From: Moniliella sp. 'wahieum'
Taxonomy: Eukaryota
Assembly (NCBI GenBank): GCA_003971905.1
Contig: RSEE01000010.1
Location: 434,001 to 498,000, forward strand
Reading direction: 5' to 3'
DNA length: 64,000 nucleotides
The notes under the pieces were generated by a model that saw nothing but the letters and a program-made list of their open reading frames with translations, had not been told where the DNA came from and did no database searches. Position numbers and translations under genes: made by a program. Below, in pieces: positions 1 through 12,402 of the stretch; within the stretch, counting starts at the first letter, position 1; every line of letters begins with the position of its first letter.

Positions 1-1408
1 CGACCCTTTCTGGCGACCTAGTATGTGCGAGGAGCGCGGAGCAGCATGCATAGGCACGTGCGCTGGAGCGACGCAAGCGATATGGTATTAGCAGCAGGAC
101 AGAAACTACAGAAGCAATAGGTGAGCTTTGCCACGCATGCTAAGCGCTTAGGCTAAGCTTAGCGCTAATGGGCGAGACAGCGGCGGGACTGACAACATAG
201 GACAAGTATACGGCGTATCGAGTACAACTGGCTAATCCTTGCCTGTTATGCGTTACGCGTTACGCGTTACACCGCAGGGATTAAGCGCCAACAAGCCCAC
301 ACCTGTGGCACAGACACTGTGCCTAGGACTGGAACGACTTTTCTAGGCAGACGGCATGGTGGCGATCGCTTGTCGCATGCCCATGTCAGCCTCAGGCGAG
401 GGGCGGTGGGTGCGTACAAGCTGAGAATTCTACTGTGCTAGCAGGCGCCGTCCCACACTATATCGGGGAAGCTAGTGCCAGCTAACGTCTAACGCTCGTG
501 CAGGTCCCTATGTATCAGCCACAGCAACAAGCGCATCACATACATCAGGCCTCAGGCTCAGGGGCAGGCATCATGCATCATGCATCATGCATCAAGTGAT
601 TCTCCAGATCGAGCCCCCAGCGCCTGAGCGCTCCGCGAGCGCCTCAGCCAACGCATCCTCAGACTGGCCAGAGGCCGAGTGCTCAGTCTCAAGAACGAGC
701 GCCTGGGGAGAGAACTACTGACACTGACTTCCTAATCAAGTCATCGATGACTGGTATCGGTGAGCCGGAACGGAGCAAGATGGCGTTCGGTGCCAGTGGT
801 GCAAGCTGGTGCAAGACGGCGGGTGCACACGGTCGGATGTGCAAGACGATCGCAGGGTGCAAGAAGCGACACTCGGTTCTAGACAACCCTTTGATCCGCC
901 CCACTCCCGCCTCGCACAGCGGCCAACCGCGCCGGCGTATCCCTCGCCGCCCAGCCACAACCGGCCACTGATGATCGATGAGATCGATGAGACTATCCTT
1001 TCCCGCGCGTCCACGCTGTCCATGCACTCCCGCCTGTGCCCCGCCCGCATCGAGTACTGAGTGCTAGTACCGACTGACCACTTTGCTCCGAACCAATGCA
1101 GGTGCGCTGTCAAATGCCAGACAGGAGAAGTAATGTTGGACTTAGCCTCAACGTCTTCGACGTTGCTACTGCACTGATGCGATCGCTGACAAGAGCAGAG
1201 CAGCAAAGCGGCTATACTCCCGTCACGCATCACGTCATGATACCGACCAGACGACTACCAAGCCCACTAGTCCTGTACGCAATGCCACGCCCTACAGCCG
1301 GTTGGGCGGCAAGCTAGGACAACAGAGGAGCACAGCTGGACGAAAGGAATTGTTGCTTGTTCTTCACTCCCTCCAGTTACCACCCCCTCGCCCCCACACA
1401 CGCCTTTC

Positions 1409-3057
1409 ATGGACTCCGTAAACGATCTCTCCAAAACGCCCGACTCGATGCGCCTGATGCCCCGCCCGGGTACAGGCGCCAATCGTTCCGCCAGCACTAC
1501 TACTGGGTGGGGAGCCTCTGACTCAGTCTTTAACCTTGATCCCAACTCCAGCAAACAGGCGCTCACGGGTAATCCCACGTCCTTGGATGGGGTGCTCCAC
1601 CATCCTTATTCCCTCCCTGGCGGGCCCAGGGAAAAGCCTCAATCTTGGCTGGCAGCTCACAAAAAACTGCTGTTAACACTGGTCGGGGTGCTGGTCGCCC
1701 TCGCTGTAGCCCTTCCCGTTGGTCTTGGTGTCGGTCTGAGCAAAAAGAATACTCATGGAAGCGGAAATACCTCCAAGCCCAACAGCCCAGCACTCGACAG
1801 TAGCGGCAACGACCCCAGCAAAATTACCCCCCTGCCGTTTTGGGACTGGGCTGACAACAATCGAAAAGTCATGGGTGTATCTCTTGGGGGTGGCTGATTC
1901 TTGAACGTTGGATCGATGAGGATTGGTTCACCCAATATGCTCCTAATGATTGGGACGAGTGGCACTTTACCCAAACTATCGGCTCCAATGCGTCTCAAGT
2001 CCTGAGCGAGCACTATGACCAATGGGTCACTGAAGACGAGGTGGGACGATGTATCAACATGGAGTTAACCAACTGCGTATTCCTGTCGGATTTTGGCCGT
2101 TCATTCCCCTCGCAGACGGGGAACCGTACAGCAACTCGACCCAACTGCACTACCTCACTCGTATGCTCGGTTGGCTATGGAAGCGCACATGTACGCCGTT
2201 ATCGACCTCCATGGCATGCCTGGCTCTCAGGTACGTCACTTCCCTTATCCCTTTGGTAGCATCTACATGCAGCATGGTTCCTATGTTTCTGACCCTTCTC
2301 TTTTTTACAGTCGGGTGACCAATCTTCGGGACTCAACACGACCAATCCCACATGGTGGAATCAAGAAAACCAGGACCGATCAGACCAGACGCTGGCGTCT
2401 CTCATTACTTGGCTGTCCTATAACCCCTACAAGTCCGTCGTCAGCGCCATCTCTCCCGTCAATGAGCCCAACGGCGTTTTCCGCAGCACGCCAGCTAACC
2501 TGAACGTGACTCAAGCATTTTATGAGCGGCCGTACGAGACACTGCAAAAGGCTGGGTACAGTATGTTTTTCCACCATGGTTTTGCCTCAAATCCGGCGAC
2601 GTATTGGAAACCCTTTGCAACAGGGAAAAATGGGTCCATGCTTATCATCAATGACATCCGTACCCCGGATGGTACCCTGCTGTGAACAACGTGACGGAGA
2701 TTAACCAGAGAGTCTGCAAAACGGTGACTGATTATGATGGGTTCCCTGTCCCGATGGTCAAAACGGAATACTGTGTGATCTCGGGTCCGACGGATTCGGC
2801 GTGGAACAGCCAATACTATGCTACCAAACAGCAGCCTATGCTTCTGGAGCAGGATCCTTTTTCTGGACGTTCAAAGTGATGAATTCCACTTCGATGGTCC
2901 AGGCTGAATTGCCATTGAACCAAATGCATTTTCCTTCCTTCAACAAGCAACACTGGGGACCATTCCGTCCATTGGCACAGGCCAGTCTACGACCCAGTAC
3001 ATTGCTGCGCTTCCTAATCCAGCCTGTGGTGCGATGACCCCTACATACAACGCCTGA
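1409..3057 (+). CDS. Glycoside hydrolase family 5 exo-beta-1,3-glucanase-like protein with N-terminal membrane anchor (intron ~2231-2310; several indel frameshifts)
   Basis: Motifs read across frames: GVSLGG(W)LILERW, HYDQWVTE, GVNQLRIPVGFW, IDLHGMPGSQ, ISPVNEP (acid/base Glu), GSFFWTFK. Hydrophobic segment LLLTLVGVLVALAVALPVGLGVGL. Stop TGA at 3055-3057. Confidence 0.85.
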
Positions 3058-4407
3058 ACGCTTTATCCATGTTTGTATCGAGCAGAGCGCATCGTGCCCC
3101 TGAGATGTTATGAAGTGGACGATGCACCGCGTATCTCTTGACTGAAGTTGGTTTCCTCTCGTTTTGACTTGGCCTTTTCCCTACGGATTATCAGCCCCTA
3201 TCCCCGCTCCCTCTTTTTGCTCTGCCCAGGCCGCCATGATGTTCCTGACATTGTGGTCGATGACTTCTACTGTGTACTTGTTATCGGACTGTGCTACTTG
3301 TGTCTTTTGCATTTGTGTTATGTTGCCGAATGTGCATCCCTCCTTTGTACTGTGCGTTTCGTATATTCACAACGATGTTTCCCCCTTCCTGTTAGATTAT
3401 TTGGGTACATATATGTGTGTAGGCATCAGACGAACAATATCGATAATGGGAAGAGATGAAAGCTTTAAGGCATAGAGACGCAGGGGATGAGGCTTTCGTT
3501 TTCAAAGCTCGTAGGTGTGGGCCGTGGAACTTCGACGTGAGGAATGAGAGGTAGGGAGATATCTCCATATTATTGTCTACTACTTTTACGACAGGGTTGC
3601 TGTGCATTCCTTCGCTGCCCATATGACGATGAGTGAAGCAAAAACTAATGCTGGCCTTCTCTAGTTTGTGTAGCGATTGTGGGAGACCAGAGGCCGTCAT
3701 TGAAAAGAGGGTAGCAGTATGGTTTAACGTTTATGTTTCTCGATGACCCTTGGTCATTGTACCATCGCACATGCCTATAATGGTTTGTTCAACAAGTGTG
3801 GTTGTGTCGCCACAGATAAGTACACTTCAAAAGTGTTTTCCTTTTTCACAGTACCGCTATATTCAGCTTTTAACTCTCTCACGTCACTTACCAAAAGAAC
3901 TTTAAAAGGTGAACGGCCTCCCAGGACCTCGTTTCTGGGAGGAGTATGTCATACTCCTCAGCTCTGCTGGAAGTCCTTCTCATCTATTCACCGCCCTATT
4001 TCCTTCTCTCTTTCAGTGTATAAATCGTTGGCTTCCTTGGCACTTGTTGGTTCTATTTTTCTACCATCCTAATTCGGCTCCTGTCACGTTACAATGTGCG
4101 TCAGCTCCTGCAGTACTACTGGTCGATCACGTGGAGCGGAATCCGACAAATTCCGATACTTGTGGTGCGCAGTGCATTACGTGGTCCCCCGATGATCGAT
4201 GATCGATGATCGTTGGCATCGATGAGCTGCTGAGCAGGACTGAGCCGTTGCGCCACTGAGCTGGCTGGCTTTATTGCCTCAGTAGCTCAACAAGGTTTTG
4301 ATCTGGGCCACAGCGACATCTCAGAGCCACACAACAGCGTTGCTTTGTCCCACCAAATCGCCGCTATCTCTGCCATTCGCTTCTTCCTTCCCCCTTCCTT
4401 GCCACCC

Positions 4408-5289
4408 ATGTCCGACCCTAGCAAGTCACCCTTGGGGCAGAGTGCCCTCCCTGTCAAGGTGTTCAAGCCGCCATCTGGTAATGCTGGTACGTCCCACCAC
4501 TGGTCCGTGTCGCGCGCGCTTCACAAGTCTGCTCCCAACTGACCCAGCCCTCTTTATTCACCAGCTCCCCCGCCGCCACCCCCAGAGCAGGGAATCAAGG
4601 CCACCTCTGCCAATACAAGCCGCATTCAAGGACCACATCCAGCAGAGGCATGGGCCCGATGCGCCCATGATGACCAAGGCGATGCGGGAAAAGGAGATGG
4701 CCAAGCGTCGTGCTGGGCGCAAGGTGTACTCTGAGGTGAAGATTCGCATTCGCTTTTCCGATCGTACTCAGATTGAAACGACCTTGCCGGTAACAGCAAC
4801 TCTGTCCCAAGTCTACGATTTTGGTCCGCAGCTCGGTCATGCTGCTGCACAATCAACCTCGTTTACTCTCTTCACATCCCCGCCCAAGACAGACTACAAG
4901 GAGTCTGATCGACGCTCGCTCAAGGATTTGGGATTTGTGCCAGCGGCCGTATTGAGTGTGAGGTGGGAGAATGCAGCGTTGAACAGTATGTCGCTAAAGC
5001 TCTGTTCTTCTGCTTTCATTCGTGCTGACTAGTTCTCTCAGATCCTTCCACCGCCGCGCCCTTGCGCACCGATTTAGCATCTTCTGCTACTGACTTGCCT
5101 CCGCCCAAGCAATTTGATGAAAGCCAAGCTGGCCCTTCCACATCAGCCTCTGCTCCGGCGGCCACTGCAAGTGCTGGTTCCAAACCTATGCCGAAGTGGA
5201 TGAAGGGTATCATCAGTACGTCGCCCCCTCCCCTCAGACTATGATCCATGATCGTTGACATTGTCTTTCAACATGCAGAGAAGAAGTAA
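4408..5289 (+). CDS. UBX-domain Cdc48/p97 adaptor (Ubx4/ASPL-like C-terminal region), 3 introns
   Basis: VKIRIRFSDRTQIETT...VYDF...FTLFTSPPK...SLKDLGFVPAAVLSVRW is a UBX fold; terminal KPMPKWMKGII-KKK. GTAYGT...YAG introns near 4487, 4987 and 5217. Confidence 0.75.
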
Positions 5290-6420
5290 TTTGATCTCTA
5301 CACACTTCCATGCAAATGGTGCAACGAGTTCAACGCGGTTTATATAGTCAACAATCCATTGACTTTCAGGTCAAAAGAAAAGGATACACAAGTCAACCTG
5401 CAATGGGCTGGAAGGTTGGGGGGGGGCAGATATACTGAAAAACAACCTTGCTCAAGCTATGCCGTTATAGTCTTGCAGTTGAAATACTGTTGGTACGAAC
5501 GGCTAATGCTTTAGGAACAGTACCGGCGTACACGGCACTTGTCCCGCAATTCGGGAGTGATCCGGGCATCCTGACTACTAGCCTTCCGAATGGCATGGTC
5601 CACTGCTTACTGTTGATCCCATACTTGCTCAGGGATTATCCATCACATACGACATCGGACAGAAAAGTAGCACAGAATCTGCCCGACGAGGAAGGGACGT
5701 GGACGAAATCCCATGCACACTCATCGCCCAGTCTTTCCAACCCTTGCAATCCTCAAACCCCGTCATCAGGCTTACCGTTTCGGATCGTCAATGACAACAA
5801 ACGAACTGTGATCCTCAAATCCATGTGCCACCCGCTGCTGCTGTCTGTGGTGGCGGCAATAATGGTGGCGGGGATGCTCAGGGCGCTCAGGCCAGCATTT
5901 GAAGCTTCAAGCTTCTGGGGCTCAGGGCCTCAGGCCTCAGATTCCTCAGACTGAGGCCTCAGATGCGCCTCGCATCTCAGAGGAGATAAGGGTGACCGGT
6001 GGTGCACGATGGGTAAGCTACCCGGTAACGTTCGAAGACGACATGCATGACAATGGACAGGCCGCAGATTGAGGTGTTGAGCTCAGTGGTGGGAGGTTAG
6101 TTGGACGTGGATGCCGACGATAGGGAATGCGACTTAGTGGCAGGCCCATTGATACTGACCGATTGACCAGCCTCAGGGGGCGCTGGCACCCTTCAGGTTT
6201 GCGCCAGACCCAGGAATGCAATTATGAAATGTCAATGGATCAACTTGGTAGATGGCGGAACGCTGAATTCCGCTGATGGGGCACACGCGTCCAAAGAGTA
6301 ACCCTACAGCGTTCATATGCTCACAGCCTACACCGTGCCCATACTCTCCGCACCACCCTACCTTGGAACCACCTTCCTACCACCAACACCCTGATTGCGT
6401 CGCTTGTGGCCCTCCCCGCC

Positions 6421-9400
6421 ATGGCCGCGCCTATCTCGTCTGCCATCGGCGTCCTGTCGCTTCTGGACGAAGACGATGTCGATCTGCAGTCCTATGCTCT
6501 CGAGAAGCTTAACACTATTGTCGACCACTTCTGGGCCGAGATTGCTGACTCTGTGTCCAAGCTGTACGTCTTCAGTGCCCCCCTTCTCTTCGGTCTTCCA
6601 GCCACTGACCCCGCTGTAGTGAGACCCTATACGAAGATCCCTCTTTCCCACATCGTCAGCTCGCCGCGCTCATCACCTCCAAGGTTTACTTCCACCTCGG
6701 TGAGTTTGATGACGCCCTCACGTTTGCCCTTGGAGCTGGTCCCCTGTTCAAGCCGGTCGAGGATCGTGATGACGAGTACACCACCACCGTCGTGAGCAAA
6801 GCCATCGACACGTACATTGATCTATCTCATAAGCCCGACTCTGCTTCCGCAACAGACAAGACATTCCGTGAAGGCCTCACCGCCATCGTTGAACAGATGT
6901 TTGACCAATGTGTTCACGATGGAGAATACAAGCAAGCTGTCGGCATTGCTATTGAGGCCCAGCGGATCGACGTGATCAAGCGTGTATTTGAGGCGTCCCG
7001 CGATGTGGCCCTGCTGACTTACATCCAAGATGCCGCCATGGGTGTCGTTCAACGTCTTGACTTCCGCAAGGAGCTTCTTAATACACTTGTCGAACTGTAC
7101 AAGTCCCTCTCCTCGCCCGACTACTTTTCTGTCGCACAATGCTTCGTGTACCTGGCAGAGCCTCAGAGGGCAGCTCAGCTACTGGTTAACCTGACCAACA
7201 AAGCGTTTGACCCTGCCTCGGTTAAACTAGAGAACACAAGTGACGATCCTTTGTTAATCGTCTACCAAGTCGCCTTTGACTTGGCCGAATCAGCCACCCA
7301 AGAGTTCCTCGAGTCGATCCGCACCACGCTTAAGACCCACGTGAAAGATACACCGGCCCCAGCCCCTCCCGCTGCCGTTCCCTCCTCGACAGACACGGAC
7401 GGCGACGTCGCAGTTACTGAGGATGACCCATCCGACCCCCCTGGTTCAAAGGCAACTCCCTCTTCTGTATTGCAACGAATCCGCGCCATTCTCAAGGGTG
7501 AGGAGAGCATCCAGCTGTACCTCACGTTCCTCAAGACGAAGAATAACACCGATCCTCTGATCTTGAAGAACATCAAGGAATCGATTGATGGGCGCAACAG
7601 TGTGTATCACACTGCCATGTCCCTTGCCAACGCATTTATGAACGCAGGTACAGCTTCGGACGAATTCCTTCGTAACAATCTTGACTGGCTGATCAAGGCA
7701 TCCAATTGGTCCAAGTTTACTGCCACCGCCGCTTTGGGTGTGCTGAACCGCGGCAATCTCAAGGATGGAATTGACATTTTGCGACCCTACCTTCCCCGCA
7801 GTACTGGGTCCAATGCTTCGGTATACCAAGAAGGTGGATCGCTCTACGCCCTAGGTCTGATCCATGCCAATCATGGCGGAGAGGTGCTTGAACTTTTGAA
7901 GAACAACCTGCACAGCAGCAATGAAGTGGTTGTGCAGCACGGTGCTGCACTGGGTCTGGGTGCCGCTGGAATGGCCACCGGTAACGAGGATGTATATGAT
8001 GAGCTTCGCAATGTTTTGCTCTCTGATAACGCCGTTGCTGGTGAGGCATGTGGTTATGCTATGGGGTTGGTTATGTTGGGCACGGCAAACGAGGCCAAGG
8101 TTGAGGAGATGCTCGAGTACGCTCGTGAGACATCCCATCAAAAGATCACACGTGGCCTGGCCATTGGCACAGCCATGTTTTACTACGGAAAACAAGAGGC
8201 GGCCGAGGGTATCATTAGCCAACTTCTCGCCGATAAAGATGCTATTCTACGATACGGCGGTGTCTACACACATCGCTCTGGCCTACGCTGGCACAGGTAA
8301 CAACTCGGCTGTTCGTCGGTTGCTTCACGTTGCCGTCAGTGATGTGAGCGACGACGTTCGCCGCGCGTCGGTGACGGCGCTTGGGTTCCTCCTTTTCCGC
8401 AACCCAACGCAGGTTCCCCGCATTGTCGAGCTTTTGGCTGAGAGTTTCAACCCCCACGTTCGTTATGGCGCTACTCTAGCGTTGGGTATTGCCTGCGCTG
8501 GCACTGGGTTGGCCGAAGCAGTTGCGCTGCTTGAGCCTATGACCAAGGACCCAACCGACTTCGTCCGGCAGGGTGCCTGCATTGCCTTGTCGATGATTCT
8601 TATTCAGCAGAATGAGGCGCTCAACCCGGCCGTGGCGGCGGCCAGGAAAACGTTTGCCAAGATCTTGTCAGACAAGCACGAAGAGACCATGGCCAAGTTT
8701 GGGTCCGTTCTCGCTTCCGGGATTTTGGATGCGGGTGGCCGGAACATGACCATTTCCCTTCAGTCGCGCGGTGGGTCAAACAACATGCCAGCGATTGTAT
8801 CCATGGCACTCTTTACCCAGTTCTGGTACTGGTTCCCCTCTCGCCCATTTTGCTTCTCTGGCATTTACCCCCACGCCCTTGATTGGCTTGACGCGTGACT
8901 TGCGTGTACCCGACTTCAAGTTCATCTCGAACGCGCGTCCGAGTCTGTTCGCCTATCCGGCCCCCACCAAGCCCCCTGTTCAGAAACGCGCCCAAAAGCT
9001 CGAGGTGGCTGTGCTGTCCACGACGGCCAAGGCGCAGGCCCGTCAGCGGACCAAAGACAAGGCCCGTCGGATTGAGGAAGGCGGTGATGACATGGAGGTT
9101 GACGATGCGGCCGCCGACGGCGCGATTGGCGGGGACGAAGGGGCAGAAAAGAAGGAAGATGCCCAGGGGCGCAAGAAGCGCAAGCCTGAGTCTTCGTTTG
9201 AGGTGCTGCACAACTATTCCCGTGTCACTCCTGCCCAAGCCAAGTTTGTTTCCTTCCCCTCTGAGGGTCGTTTTGCCCCTATCCGCAGCCTGGCGAGCGA
9301 GGAGAACGATGTTTACGACATTAGCTCTATCTTGTCCAACCGTCGGCTGCTGGATATCGGTGAAACACCCAGCGTCTCTGGCCGAGCCACACCGAAACCC

Positions 9401-9841
9401 ACCTCCAACTCAGGGGACAAGAAAGAAGAGCGCAAGGCGGCAGCTCCGGGCGAGGAGGCCCGTGCCATCTTGGGAGCTCGAGCGATTGCTTCGGGAGGTG
9501 GGATTGTGCTACTGATTGACCGCAAACCGAGCGAGCCTTTGGTCGAGCTTGACCTTGGAGTTGACAAGGGCAACGCGCCTGCTGACGAGCCTCCTGCCTC
9601 GGATCCTGCGGCCTCGGGGGACAACGCTCCCGAAGCGAGTGGGGCGACCGCGATGCTGGACGACTCCGAAATTTCGCCTGAGGATGCGCTGGCCATCGCG
9701 CGTGCGATGGAGATGGATGAAGAAGACGGGGATGATCCCGATGAGCGCATGGGCGTGGATGAGCCCCAGAAGAAGGACAAGAAGGACGACAATCCACCCC
9801 CACCGCCTCCTCCTGGCGCGGGCGATGGCACCGCTAGGTGA
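6421..9841 (+). CDS. RPN2: 26S proteasome regulatory subunit Rpn2 (intron ~6563-6619; frameshifts ~8270, ~8838)
   Basis: SAIGVLSLLDE...YALEKLNTIVDHFWAEI, NLDWLIKASNWSKFTATAALG, RRLLHVAVSDVSDDVRRASV, ILDAGGRNMTISLQ, FTQFWYWFP, AVLSTTAKA. Confidence 0.97.
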
Positions 9842-10105
9842 ACATAAGAATATTGCGGCCTGGTCCGGCGCTATGTCATGCAGCCAAATTGAATCGCCAA
9901 GTAACTGGCTCCCTTGCGGATGCAAAATAGTATCAGGTAGTCGTCTCTATCCCAGCGGAAGGTAACTGCATCGTGTCCATGGCCGTGCATTGGCCCGTCA
10001 CGCGTCACGCGTCACTAACGTTATTAAATAGGCGCGAAGTCGCTTGGGGAAGAAACATGCCCGTTGAAATATTCATTCTAATACCAAAATTCTGCTCCGC
10101 GCCAC

Positions 10106-11950
10106 TTGTGCGAAGTAGCCAGCTTAAATCTGGAAGCGCTTGCACGCCATCATCATGTTGGGTCCCCCGCCCGCACCGCCTGTGCCACCCGACTCGGCGC
10201 TGTACATGGCCTCAAGCGGGTGCTACGTCCGCCGGTATGCGTTTCCCCACGGCATGCCAGTTCGGTATCCGCTACCGACGCAAGTGACCCCAAGCGAACT
10301 GCAGGCAACGAACCCGCGTTCCCACGTGGGAGGAAAGTCACCATCCTGGGCATTGAAAGCTCTTGTGACGACTCGTGTGCCGCTGTGATCGAAGGCATCC
10401 CATGGCCCGATCCAGACGACCCCACGCTTCCTCTCCGCTCTCCTCCATGCCAGGGGCGAGAGACGGAGAGGGGCCAGGGATCGGGGCCATGGCAGGCTAC
10501 GGTTCTCTCTAATGTGGTGATCAAGCAAGACCACTACGTTACGCGCGGTGTGCATCCGCTTGTGGCCAGCAAAGCTCATGCTGTAAACATCCCAAGAGCT
10601 GTTCGGGCGGCGCTAGCTGAAGCGCAATCCGTTGTTGCCCGCCGATCTGATCAATGCTCCCCTCCTAATAAAGGAATCGAAGGTGCCCACGACGGGCCCT
10701 CTTCCCCGTTCTCGCCCGATATGATCGATGCAATTGCTGTGACCCAGGGACCTGGAATGCCGGCTTCCTTAGCAAGCGGCTTGGTGACAGCTAAGACATT
10801 ATCGGCTGTGTGGGGGAAACCAGTGATCTACGTGCACCACATGGCTGGCCATGCGCTTGTCCCTCTCCTTGTGCCGCGGGAGGAGAATATCCAAACCCCT
10901 TTCCTTGCCGCGCTGGTTTCGGGCGGACACTCCCTGTTGGTGTTGGTGAATGGACCAGAAGAGTACGAAGTGGTTGCATCAACCACTGACGAGGCCATGG
11001 GTCGAGTATTCGACAAGGCTGCCGTCATTCTCGGTCTCGTATGGGGCCCCGCAGCAGGGCCCGGAGGTCCGAAAAATGCCGGTGCAGCAGTGGAGCTGGC
11101 TGCCAAGCAAGTTTGTCCGGATGCAGTGGAGCGGCTGCGCCAAAAAGGTGTCAAACTGCCGAGGGGGTTATCGGGGCCTGAGTGGGGGTATGATATGGCA
11201 TTCGGGGGATGAAACTGTCGCTGGAACAGCAAGTACGCAAATTGGTTCACCTCCGTCGGCCACGACCAGATGCAGCGGCTCCCATGTCGTCGGAACCAGA
11301 GGTTCGAACCGAAGCATGGGCCATGCTTCACCCCACCCCACTGGGTGGGAGTCCGGATGGGGAGGTTTCAGCGAGGGGGATGGCCATGGAAGCTGACCCG
11401 GAGCTGACTGTAGCGGATATGGAACTGGACCAAGGCCCTGTGGCTGTTTTGGATGTGGAAATTGTGCGGGCATTGGCCTATCTTCTACAAGAAGCCGTGG
11501 TGGGACAATTGGTGCGGCGTATTATGAATGGTTGGGGGGATACAACAAGAAACATGGCAAACTCGACTCTTCTGCCCTGGTGCAGGAGTGAAGAGCGTTG
11601 TGCTGGCCGGGGGTGTGGCAGCGAACGCATATCTGCGGGAACAACTTGAGGCCGGTCTAACGCGGGGTGGGCGGGATGATGTGAAGGTGTACAGCGCGCC
11701 CCCAGAATGGTGTACCGACAATGCAGCGATGATTGCACACGCGGGACTAGCGACCTTTGCTCGTCGTACACACGACCTTGGCGGACTAGCCGTGCCGTCA
11801 TGGCCGCTAGGCATGGTGCGCACGCCTCCGCTGCAACCGCTCGCGCGATTGGGTCAGCGCAAGCGCAATGTGCGCGTTCGCGCCCAAACGAGCAACACTT
11901 CCCCCAGTACTGCTAGCGTCGCCACCGATGAACATACCTCCAGCAACTAA
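10106..11950 (+). CDS. QRI7: tRNA N6-threonylcarbamoyladenosine synthase, TsaD/Qri7 (mitochondrial) type; start uncertain; frameshifts ~11205, ~11570
   Basis: [81 protein letters not shown]. Arg-rich N-terminal extension. Confidence 0.88.
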
Positions 11951-12402
11951 AATGCCATCCATGAAAGCTGGCTTTGGCGCTTTGAATCAACCGGCGCGCA
12001 TCATGCTCGGTGCTTCTGCAGGCGACAAGGCTGCACCACTGTGATTGCGCGCCGGTATCCCTGTTGTGACGCCCTATTCCGCGTACCGGATCCATTTCAT
12101 GCGGCTGTCTACCGATGGATTCGGATGTCAACGACAGACGCACGTGGACCATCGCATCAATGGCGCATCTGTCGTCGCTCTGCTTTTCGGTCGGGCTGGC
12201 TCTGCAGGGCGACAAGTCACACCGGCAGCGGCATGACGCATCTGCTAGAACAGGGAATGCTTAGTGGGATGGAATTTATACCACAGGACTGAGACTAGTG
12301 TTGGGTGGAATGGAAGAGTGGAGTGGGTTGAGTTGGGTGCATATTCCGGCTCTTAAAGACGGCCCTGTGCCGTAGCGACTGGATTGATATACGATTCCTC
12401 GC

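Noticed and set aside
5848..6260. GGTGGC/GATGGCGGAA as PACE (Rpn4) sites upstream of RPN2
   Set aside because: No full GGTGGCAAA match; partial hits are expected by chance.
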